IMG/VR virus record: IMGVR_UViG_3300009426_001061
Span: 1 to 37,747 of that record
Reading direction: 5' to 3' (one strand)
DNA: 37,747 nt
Origin: a virus
Taxonomy: Duplodnaviria > Caudoviricetes
Positions 7,552 to 15,816 of this stretch are shown piece after piece. The first letter of the stretch is position 1. Each line of letters starts with the position of its first letter. Position numbers and translations under genes: made by a program. The notes beneath the pieces are model-generated. The model searched no databases, had not been told where the DNA came from, and saw only the letters and a list, made by a program, of their open reading frames with translations.

Positions 7552-10049
7552 GTTGTCAAACATCATCTGGGTATAATGCTCAATCTGAAAAGTATAATTG
7601 GTCTAATGTTTTGGCCGAATATAAAAACGGGGCTGATAATCAGCAAAAATTAGGATATTTCAAGGATATAAGGGTTGATTATAATTATAATTATAAGCTA
7701 TACGGACCTTATAATCCTGGATATCTTAAGCAGCGTCTTACTCCAGGAGGAAATTCCGAAACTTGTAGAGAAGATGGCAGTGACGATATTAGGAACATAC
7801 AGGGATTCGGAACTAGCGAGGGGTTTAGGGGCCCACTTAGTTACTCTAATTGGTCTAACGCTTCTAAGTTTAGAGAAAAAGCCAATACATTAACTCATTA
7901 TGTAATAAATCCAAACGTAAACCAATTTTTTATAACCTTGCAAATAAATACACTCTCGGACCTTCTTCAGGAATCACAAGGATCATACCCAGAATACCAA
8001 CAGCAAGCTGGAGATCAATATCCACATATTTTAAAATTTAATGTTAAGTGGGGACAGGAAGATAGGTTTGGAAATAAAAGACAATGTGGCTATAGAGAAT
8101 TTAATATTCGGGCTCTAGTGAGTTCTCCAGCTCTTTTAGACATTGGAAACCCAGACGATACTGAAGGTAAATCGAATTCTCTTAATTTCACAAGCGCTAA
8201 TCTGAGTGATATATTCTATCTGCCTCCAGTAGCAAATCCAGAAAACGCTTCGGATTTAGATGTTACTTTTGATGAAAAGACTATTGAAAGGAGGTTTGTA
8301 GAAGTAGAAAAAATGACAGCAGAAACAAATTCTTCTTTGATATTATGTGACATTCTGCTGGCTAAAATAACAGAGGTTCAAGAGTCACAATTTACTTATC
8401 CTTATTCGGTTTTAGTGGGAACCAAACTAGACTCAAGAGTATTTAGCCAAATACCCAAAAGAACATTTGATTGCAAATTAAAAAAAATAAAAATACCCAA
8501 TAATTATTACCCATTAAATGGAGATGGTGTAGATAAGAGGTATATATCATCTTGGGACGGAAACCCTTGCGCGGGAGTTTACCAAGGTAACTGGGACGGA
8601 ACGTTTAAAATTGGTTGGACAGATAATCCAGCTTGGGTTTTATATGATATGCTGTCTAACCCTAGATACGGATTGGGAAACTATATAAAAGAAGAAAACA
8701 TCAATAAATGGGATCTTTATAAAATAGCAAGGTGGTGTGATGGTGTAGATGAAGCAGGAAATTATATAGGGGTTTCCGATTATAAGTTTGGCAGAGAACC
8801 TAGGTTTGCCGCAAATATAATGTTTTCTGCTCAAACAGCAATATTTGACGCAATAAATGCTATTGTTGCTATATTTAGAGGTGCGATATATTATCAAAAC
8901 GATAAAATCGAATTTAGTGATGATAGACCTAGACCGTCAATAGCTTTTTTCAACAATCATAATGTAAAAGATGGTATTTTTTCATATTCAAACTATAAAA
9001 AAGACGAACAATATAATTCTGTTGAAGTAGTTTACATAGACAAGAATGATGATTACAGAACAAAATCAGAATATGTTCAAAACAACGAAGATATAGGTAA
9101 AAGAGGGCCTGTGTCAAGAACAGTAAACGCTATAGGCTGCACTTCGGCGGGGCAAGCTAGAAGAGTCGGTTTAAATCTAATATATCAAACCATTATAGAA
9201 AACCAAGCTGTTATATTTGACTGTGGTTATGAAGCGATGCTTTGTAAACCTGGAGACTACATAGAAATTGAAGATGAACTGAAAACACACACAAATAATT
9301 ACGGCAGGATAATGGAGGTCGATTCTGCCAATGGTTATTTGAGATTAAATAACCCTTATAATGAAAACGAATACTCTAATGTTATAACTGTTTACGTGCC
9401 AAATGACACTACAGTAGGAGATCAAAACCAACTTAATTTTGAGCTTGGGAGCCTTAATCAAACTGTAGAAATGGAAATAGAATCTTTTTCTGAAGACGAT
9501 GAATTTGGATGTTATGTTTGGATAAAGCCATCAGACCCAAATTACAACTTGATTGGTTTTGTACAGGCTGGAACTGCATATAGATTTAGAAAAAAAACAG
9601 AGCTTTCATCGGTTTACAAAATTTTAAGTATAAAAGAAAACGATAAAAGCGATTTTTCTATAGTTGCACAAAAATATGACCCAAGCAGATTTGATTATGT
9701 GGAGGATATAATAAATTATGGAGATGGGCCTGGAGACGAGCCTTGCCCTGATGTTCCAACTCCTTATACTTGCGGTCCAATTTATTCCAATACGGTGGGG
9801 GGCTCATTTGGTGCTTCTCCCTTATCCCTTTCTGAAAACCAATCGATTGAAAGTATTCAACAACTGGGTTATGAAGTAGAATTATTAGAAAAACAACATC
9901 AAACTGAAGAAAATAAAACAGAAAAAGAAAACACAAATGTGGAATTTAAATTAAATAAACTTAACGGGGACGGTAAAGAAAAAGAAGATAGTTATTTAAC
10001 TTACCTCGATCCATTGGGTTATTCAAGCCAACCAACAAAATCAGAATAA
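7548..10049 (+). CDS. gpJ-like tail tip/baseplate hub protein (main body), lacking recognisable C-terminal FN3 or receptor-binding domains
   Basis: YNWSNV...G..NQ, FTYPYSVLVG, IPKRTF...KIKIPNNY, YQGNWDGTFKIGWTDNPAWVLYDMLSNPRYGLG, EPRFAAN, AIGCTSAGQARRVG, KPGDYIEIED. Confidence 0.93.
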   Translation: MSCQTSSGYNAQSEKYNWSNVLAEYKNGADNQQKLGYFKDIRVDYNYNYKLYGPYNPGYLKQRLTPGGNSETCREDGSDDIRNIQGFGTSEGFRGPLSYSNWSNASKFREKANTLTHYVINPNVNQFFITLQINTLSDLLQESQGSYPEYQQQAGDQYPHILKFNVKWGQEDRFGNKRQCGYREFNIRALVSSPALLDIGNPDDTEGKSNSLNFTSANLSDIFYLPPVANPENASDLDVTFDEKTIERRFVEVEKMTAETNSSLILCDILLAKITEVQESQFTYPYSVLVGTKLDSRVFSQIPKRTFDCKLKKIKIPNNYYPLNGDGVDKRYISSWDGNPCAGVYQGNWDGTFKIGWTDNPAWVLYDMLSNPRYGLGNYIKEENINKWDLYKIARWCDGVDEAGNYIGVSDYKFGREPRFAANIMFSAQTAIFDAINAIVAIFRGAIYYQNDKIEFSDDRPRPSIAFFNNHNVKDGIFSYSNYKKDEQYNSVEVVYIDKNDDYRTKSEYVQNNEDIGKRGPVSRTVNAIGCTSAGQARRVGLNLIYQTIIENQAVIFDCGYEAMLCKPGDYIEIEDELKTHTNNYGRIMEVDSANGYLRLNNPYNENEYSNVITVYVPNDTTVGDQNQLNFELGSLNQTVEMEIESFSEDDEFGCYVWIKPSDPNYNLIGFVQAGTAYRFRKKTELSSVYKILSIKENDKSDFSIVAQKYDPSRFDYVEDIINYGDGPGDEPCPDVPTPYTCGPIYSNTVGGSFGASPLSLSENQSIESIQQLGYEVELLEKQHQTEENKTEKENTNVEFKLNKLNGDGKEKEDSYLTYLDPLGYSSQPTKSE

Positions 10050-10051
10050 TT

Positions 10052-10849
10052 ATGCTTATAGTAGTACCAGTATCAAGAACAGACGAAGTTTTAATAAACT
10101 CCTTTGCGGAAATTTTTAACATGAAAGGCCCTTATGAAAAACATGAGCTACTGGTGGTTTACAGGCCATCAGATAAAGACTGGGCAGAAAACGTTTACTA
10201 TCAAATCGCAATAAAAAATAACAAGTTTCAAAAATCCGCAATGAAAGAATTTAGCGGAGATGGTCCTAGAGGTTGGCCATCAGGTCCAAATTTTTATTGG
10301 GAACAAACAGTTGTATATTTGAAAGCAATAAAAAACAGAAAGCCTTGGTTATGGATGGAGTTGGACATGACTCCATTGAAGAGCGGATGGGCGGATAAAC
10401 TTTACAAAGAATATAAAAATTGTGAAAAGCCGTTTATGGGCAATTTAGGAGACACAACAACACTTACTGGAGACGGAAAATTAATAAAGCTATGCAAACA
10501 TCTTGTTGGGGCCGCAGTTTATCCGCCTTCTGTAGATAAATATTCAAAAATTTGGAAGTACGTATCTGGTATTAATACCGCTTGGGATGTGTTGTGTCAA
10601 TGGGAGTTTACTCCTTTATCACATGAAACTAAATTAATCCAGTTTTGCTTTAGAACTCAAAATTACAAAAGAAAGGAATCAATTAAAAACAATAATAAAA
10701 AAATTGTGATTGGAGAAGACAAAAATGGTTTTAAAGATTATCGCTTCGACCATCCAATAGATTTTGAAAACGCCGTTATAGTACACGGTTGCAACGACGG
10801 GTCGCTAAACAAGCTGTTGATAAAAGAAGCTAAAGAAAAAGCGGAATAA
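10052..10849 (+). CDS. Putative GT-A-fold glycosyltransferase-like protein
   Basis: N-terminal LIVVPV strand, WLWMELDMTPL (ExD at the DxD position), GAAVYP, AWDV, C-terminal IVHGCNDG. Confidence 0.5.
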   Translation: MLIVVPVSRTDEVLINSFAEIFNMKGPYEKHELLVVYRPSDKDWAENVYYQIAIKNNKFQKSAMKEFSGDGPRGWPSGPNFYWEQTVVYLKAIKNRKPWLWMELDMTPLKSGWADKLYKEYKNCEKPFMGNLGDTTTLTGDGKLIKLCKHLVGAAVYPPSVDKYSKIWKYVSGINTAWDVLCQWEFTPLSHETKLIQFCFRTQNYKRKESIKNNNKKIVIGEDKNGFKDYRFDHPIDFENAVIVHGCNDGSLNKLLIKEAKEKAE

Positions 10850-10863
10850 AATTTGTAGCCGAG

Positions 10864-11031
10864 TTAGTCTTTGTCTGCCCTAAATATATCCTCTAAACTA
10901 CAAATAAAAGCAGCTCTCAATTTCTTGGGAGTCTTAATATATTGTTTCTTAGCTCTCCTGTAAACTTTTCTGGTTGTAGCGTCTTGTGGATTTATTATCT
11001 CTCTTATCTTTTTAGATATTTTGTTGTTCAT
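10864..11031 (-). CDS. Small basic hypothetical protein (55 aa; not in ORF track)
   Basis: MNNKISKKIREIINPQDATTRKVYRRAKKQYIKTPKKLRAAFICSLEDIFRADKD*; ATGA overlap with the GNAT stop. Confidence 0.75.
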   Translation of the reverse strand: MNNKISKKIREIINPQDATTRKVYRRAKKQYIKTPKKLRAAFICSLEDIFRADKD

Positions 11032-11477
11032 AGTTGTGATATATATATAGTACTATCTTTTAAAAACCCCATTTTTTCATAAAATGACTCTAGTTTCTTT
11101 TTTTGTTTTCCTTTTTCCGTATTTGACATAGCAATATATTTTACTCCAATATCCCTTGCAAAATTAGATGCAGTACGAAATAATTTAAATCCAGCTTTTG
11201 GATTTTTAGAAATCCATAAATATTCGACAAAAACTTTTTTGTTAAATTTGCTGTCCTCCAAGATAAAGGCTATACAAGAATCATACACCCCATCTTCTTT
11301 GTTTGCCCAGACAAAGAATTGGTGGTTTAATAAAGATTCATTGCAGAATCTTTTTGTCATTTTTTCAGTATCGTGACTTAAAAAGTTGTGGTAATCTCCG
11401 AGTTCTTTAGAGAATTTGATAGTCAAATCGTTGATCGCTTCTTTGAAGTCCTCCTCTTTTAAAATTCTTTTTATCAT
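11028..11477 (-). CDS. GNAT-family acetyltransferase-like protein
   Basis: 149 aa; AGFKLFRTASNFARDIGVKYIAM and C-terminal FYEKMGF motif. Confidence 0.75.
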   Translation of the reverse strand: MIKRILKEEDFKEAINDLTIKFSKELGDYHNFLSHDTEKMTKRFCNESLLNHQFFVWANKEDGVYDSCIAFILEDSKFNKKVFVEYLWISKNPKAGFKLFRTASNFARDIGVKYIAMSNTEKGKQKKKLESFYEKMGFLKDSTIYISQL

Positions 11478-12292
11478 TTTGATATTATTCCAATGAGTTT
11501 TCTGGCCTCTTTAGCTGGAATGCTGTCAAAAGAAACCCAATCTTTTACATCTTCATTTATATATTTTTTGTCTGTCCAGAGCGTCCTCAGTAAAACCTTA
11601 AACCCATCGAAGCTAGTTACATCGTGCTTCGCCGCTAAGGTTTTTTCAAGTAAACCAGATGGAGTTATAGGAGTAGAGGCTGCGGTTTGTGTGCTGTTGC
11701 CAGTAGGAGCAGGATCAGACTTATCAATTTCATCTGCACCAACGATGTGAATATTAAGAAAGTTTCGGACGCAACGAACCAAAGCTCTATTGCAAGCAAT
11801 CGTCTCGAGAAACTTATCGCAGAACGAATTGGTATTTTCTATTGTGGCGTTAGCACAATCTTGATAAATAATATCAGACATTTCGTTTTCGTAATTGCCA
11901 ATAAAGGAAATATTACAATTAGCTGTAACATAACCGTCACTGACATTTTCCACTTCAAAGCTAAGATGTTTATAACCCCTCAAGCGAAGCAAATCTTTAA
12001 TACCACCAAGCATGACAAGTAATTGATTGTCTTTAAGACCCTCAATAGAACGTGGCACTTCTTTATTGCGCATTTCAAACCAGCCTTTGTTGGGATAAAG
12101 GAACTCTGACTTAATCATAGCCCTCCAATCAACAGACCCGTCTTCGTTGAAATGGTATTCTGTATTCTCTAATAGTCCGTGCTCGTTTCTTTTGTAAACG
12201 TCTGGGCCATAAAAGGGTTTTGTCTCTGCTGTTTTTTTGACAGCAATTTTCTTTGAGGATTTTTTGGCGGTTGTTTTTTTAGTTTTGCTCAT
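11474..12292 (-). CDS. Putative single-strand annealing protein (Rad52/Sak/RecT-like)
   Basis: LGGIKDLLRLRG helix, three-strand sheet, then ETIACNRALVRCVRNFLNI...GADEI, resembling the conserved SSAP helix-EE/DE motif. Confidence 0.55.
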   Translation of the reverse strand: MSKTKKTTAKKSSKKIAVKKTAETKPFYGPDVYKRNEHGLLENTEYHFNEDGSVDWRAMIKSEFLYPNKGWFEMRNKEVPRSIEGLKDNQLLVMLGGIKDLLRLRGYKHLSFEVENVSDGYVTANCNISFIGNYENEMSDIIYQDCANATIENTNSFCDKFLETIACNRALVRCVRNFLNIHIVGADEIDKSDPAPTGNSTQTAASTPITPSGLLEKTLAAKHDVTSFDGFKVLLRTLWTDKKYINEDVKDWVSFDSIPAKEARKLIGIISK

Positions 12293-13430
12293 AAATATAA
12301 AAGTGATCTAGTTCTTCCCAGTAATCGCTATTATCCGCTATTTTATCACAATTGTCAATATTATTTTTCCAATGATATGTTGATTTATAAACCCTTCCTC
12401 CATCAACCACATTTTTGAATGATAAAAATTTACAGTTAACTGATAGATTTTCGGGCTTTTTCTTTGGTGGTTTATGATAAATTACATTTTGATCAAAAAA
12501 TTTAAATCTTATTTTATCAAGAAATTCTTTATTCTCAACCAGTATATTAATATTTATATTTAATTTCTTCAAAACTCTAAGATAATCTTTAGGTATGTTT
12601 ATAGATTCGCTCGTAGTTATAATGTTGATTGATTTAATATTCTTAGATACTTTACTTATTAGTTTCGGGTTGATTAAGGAATCCTTAATTGTTATGTCGC
12701 ATTTATGATTAGAGCAGTATTGAAATATTGCAAGCTCGTTTGCCAAGCCTCTATCCAACCTTAAGTTCAATACTTGATCCTTGAATATGTCCATATTTAC
12801 ATAGTCAGAAGGTATGACATCTATTGAAACTTTTTTGTTTTTGTTTATTATTTTTGTTTCGAAGTTAATATTATAGTTTTTTATTTTAAGAAGATCTAGA
12901 CACGCCTTAGCTATACTCTCTGCTTTTATTTTGTTAATGTGATCTTTGGGATCTACAAGTGCCAGGCTAGGCCTTTTATCCCATTCTGGTTCGATATCAA
13001 TCTTTTTATTTTTCTTAGACCAATAAGGAGTTGTTATTGATGGGTAAACGTTACCATACAAACTAACTATAGGAACATTTTGATCGCTTGCGTATTGAGA
13101 AATTGCGTTATCAATAGATATTAATAACTTTGCTTTAGATACAATATAAGCGTTTTTTCTAAAACTTAAATCGCTGTATTCATAATCGCACCTATTGCTG
13201 AAATTTTTACTAGAACCTATAGATACAACCTTCAATCCAATAGAATCAAGAGTTGTTTTTATTAAATCTAAAACAAGAGAATAATATAGATAACACTTGG
13301 AGTCTATATCTCTTTCATTGTAAATTACAATGTAATTTTCTGGCACAACTGGGTAATAGTGTTTGTTAACTATAGGTCTAGAAGGAGATACCTCAAGGTT
13401 TTTAGAATATTCTTTTAATATGTGTGACAT
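12279..13430 (-). CDS. GT9 (heptosyltransferase-like) C-terminal Rossmann domain fused to an unknown domain
   Basis: YIVIY...SKCY...VVSIG...LSFRKNAYIVSKAKLLISIDNAISQYASDQNVPIVSLYG. Start moved to ATG 13430 (MSHILKEY), 4 nt after the upstream stop. Confidence 0.75.
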   Translation of the reverse strand: MSHILKEYSKNLEVSPSRPIVNKHYYPVVPENYIVIYNERDIDSKCYLYYSLVLDLIKTTLDSIGLKVVSIGSSKNFSNRCDYEYSDLSFRKNAYIVSKAKLLISIDNAISQYASDQNVPIVSLYGNVYPSITTPYWSKKNKKIDIEPEWDKRPSLALVDPKDHINKIKAESIAKACLDLLKIKNYNINFETKIINKNKKVSIDVIPSDYVNMDIFKDQVLNLRLDRGLANELAIFQYCSNHKCDITIKDSLINPKLISKVSKNIKSINIITTSESINIPKDYLRVLKKLNININILVENKEFLDKIRFKFFDQNVIYHKPPKKKPENLSVNCKFLSFKNVVDGGRVYKSTYHWKNNIDNCDKIADNSDYWEELDHFYIYEQN

Positions 13431-13434
13431 TTTG

Positions 13435-15291
13435 TTATTTTCCGTTATGAATGTTGCATGGAATTTTCTGAGTCGTTGTGGCTGGATAATAGGCAGCTTC
13501 AAAAAAACCTTCGTGATCGCCGAAACCCTCCATAGAAATTGGGTTGTCTAAATGTTCAGAATAAGGAAGGCACTTATATAAATAAGGGTTGTCTTCTATA
13601 TATTCAAAGAATTCTGGTTTTGTAAATACATATATATTGCACCCCTTGTGTTTTCTTTGCAAATTTTTCATTAAAGAATTAACAAATAATAAATCAGTAC
13701 CAGATTGAGGGACTATAACAGCGACTCTTTTTTTCTTACCTTCATCAGAAAGTAAATCGTCAAAAGATATTGGCTTTTTAAGATTTTCTTTTTTTGCCAC
13801 ACTTATAAAATGATGGTATAATTTATACTGATCGGTTTTTTTGTTTTCTAATTCAAACAACCAATGTTTATAGCCATCAGTATTATGATCTACATCCTCA
13901 TTTAGAATGTTTTTATATATATTAATTATAAAATCAGAATCGCTAAGGTTCTCTGGCATTTTGTATAAATCGTCATAATGAACATTTTTTATATCACAAT
14001 TTTCATCAAGATACGGCATTGAATCTATAAGCTCCTCTAGCTTGCCACCTATTACGTCAGTGGAAAAATTAGAAATAACCCAATCCCTTGATTTTTTTCC
14101 TAGCGCGACTCTTTCTTCTTTAGTCATGTTGAAAACAAACTGTAATTCTTTAGCTATACTAGTTGGATCTGTAGAAGCTTTTATAAATTGGGTCCCAGGT
14201 TCTCTGTATTCATTCCAATCTAATGCTATACCACCGCTATCGCTAGAGCAACTATCTTCTCCACAGGAATAATTAGTCACAAGAGTTATAAGTTCTGTTA
14301 GTTTCGCCTCTTGGATTGGTATTTCTTGGCCTCCGCTTGTAAACGGGTGACAATAAACATCCATAAGGTTGTAAACTTCATTCAACTGTTCCTCGTCTAC
14401 GCCATTAGAAATGTTGGTTGTGCTTAAGGTTTGCTCTCCACAATTTCTGCATTTTTGATTTTCTCCAGAAAAAGAGCGGACATGATAAGAGTTACAGGAA
14501 GAACAGAAATATGTAGTAATAATATCGTTTGATTTTATATTCTTTTCTTCAAGCAATCTATTTATATCCCAACCCTCGCCCCAATGAGTATGCAATAAAA
14601 GCTTAGAGTTTGGATTATCTTTTTTAAATATTTTGAATCCGTCAAGTAGATTTGGAACAGATTTCCTTAACTGATTCCTGAAAACAAAACCAATAATAAA
14701 GTCATTTTTATTTATTCCGTGAAATTCTCTTAATTTTTCTCTTTTGTCATCTTCTAACTTAAAAAAAACATCGACATCAAGAGAGCCTCTCAGAGTTTTT
14801 ATATGATTGTAACCTATTTTTTTAAAGTATTTTTCAGCAAAGCTAGACCATACAAAATAATTTTTAATTTTAGGGGCCAACTGTATTGCTTGTGGTAAGA
14901 TAGGTAAACTGTCTAGGGTTGTCCAAACAACAGAGTTAACCTTGTTCCACCAGGCTTTCCTATGAAAGTCTGTGAATGCCCAGATATCCTCTACGCCTAT
15001 ATAGACATCTGGTCTAACCTTATCTATTATTTTATCTATTTCAAAATAACCATATCCAGCTTTTTTTTTATCTTCTCCTGATAACGAGGAATAGTTTTTA
15101 GGAACAGTGCCATAACACTTCCAGGGCAATTCGTTTAGGCTTTCATCTCCCGCAACTTTCATGTTTGCGGCCTCAACGACATTATATTTACCAGTATTGT
15201 AAAGGTACTTTAATATGTTTTTTTTGTTTTTACCAAAACCAGTAAAGGCTTTGCAAAAGTTTGAGTGTATTAGAATTGTTTTTTTTCTCAT
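13435..15291 (-). CDS. Multidomain glycosyltransferase: GT4 (GT-B) with zinc-ribbon insert, DUF4214-like helical domain and GT9-like N-terminal domain
   Basis: TGFGK, FIIGFVFRNQLRKSVPNLLDGF, LNEVYNLMDVYCHPFTSGGQEIPIQEAK; CSSC-x14-CRNC; DFIINIYKNILN...DGYKHW; VAVIVPQSGTDLLFVNSLMKNL...FEYIEDNPYL. Confidence 0.8.
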   Translation of the reverse strand: MRKKTILIHSNFCKAFTGFGKNKKNILKYLYNTGKYNVVEAANMKVAGDESLNELPWKCYGTVPKNYSSLSGEDKKKAGYGYFEIDKIIDKVRPDVYIGVEDIWAFTDFHRKAWWNKVNSVVWTTLDSLPILPQAIQLAPKIKNYFVWSSFAEKYFKKIGYNHIKTLRGSLDVDVFFKLEDDKREKLREFHGINKNDFIIGFVFRNQLRKSVPNLLDGFKIFKKDNPNSKLLLHTHWGEGWDINRLLEEKNIKSNDIITTYFCSSCNSYHVRSFSGENQKCRNCGEQTLSTTNISNGVDEEQLNEVYNLMDVYCHPFTSGGQEIPIQEAKLTELITLVTNYSCGEDSCSSDSGGIALDWNEYREPGTQFIKASTDPTSIAKELQFVFNMTKEERVALGKKSRDWVISNFSTDVIGGKLEELIDSMPYLDENCDIKNVHYDDLYKMPENLSDSDFIINIYKNILNEDVDHNTDGYKHWLFELENKKTDQYKLYHHFISVAKKENLKKPISFDDLLSDEGKKKRVAVIVPQSGTDLLFVNSLMKNLQRKHKGCNIYVFTKPEFFEYIEDNPYLYKCLPYSEHLDNPISMEGFGDHEGFFEAAYYPATTTQKIPCNIHNGK

Positions 15292-15755
15292 TTTGAAATA
15301 AAATTAGTTCTATAAGTGAATATTTTATTTAGAACAAATTTAAAATACTGCGCAAGCAGATAAGCTTCAGACATTTCCAAGCCTATACCAAATTTATTAG
15401 CGGAGTTTCTTGTTAAGGAAAAAGAAAATGCTTTGGTCCCGTCTTTTTTTGTATATGTGCTTAGGGATATAGAAGTTTTATTGTCTTCAAAACTATGGAA
15501 AACGTTATATTTATCATAGTTTTCTATGGCATAAATAAAACCACCAAGCTCAGACTCATTAAATTTAACTGATAAGGATTTCTCTGGATTTTTTGAGTTA
15601 CCAGAAAAAGAACCGCTTCTTGTTTTTTGATTCCAGGAATGTTGCTGAATTGCAGTCATGTAGAGGCAAGGTTCCTCGCTTTTTCCTTGCACACCCAAAC
15701 GAAAACCAAAAGCATTTCCAGTGTTTTTTGAATTAGGTTTATATAATTGTATCAT
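15288..15755 (-). CDS. Putative Whirly/PC4-like ssDNA-binding protein
   Basis: Two beta4-alpha halves (QLYK...SVKFNESELGGFI; VFH...FSFSLTR...IGLEMSEAYLLAQYFKFVL) paralleling plant Whirly domains. Confidence 0.55.
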   Translation of the reverse strand: MIQLYKPNSKNTGNAFGFRLGVQGKSEEPCLYMTAIQQHSWNQKTRSGSFSGNSKNPEKSLSVKFNESELGGFIYAIENYDKYNVFHSFEDNKTSISLSTYTKKDGTKAFSFSLTRNSANKFGIGLEMSEAYLLAQYFKFVLNKIFTYRTNFISK

Positions 15756-15764
15756 CTTTAGGTT

Positions 15765-15792
15765 ATTATAGGTTATTCCTTGTTTAATTCTA
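15765..15792 (-). promoter_or_regulatory. Sigma70-like promoter
   Basis: TAGAAT-N16-TATAAT, 9 nt before ATG 15755. Confidence 0.55.
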
Positions 15793-15816
15793 TTGGTAAT
15801 GTGACTTTAAAAGCGG

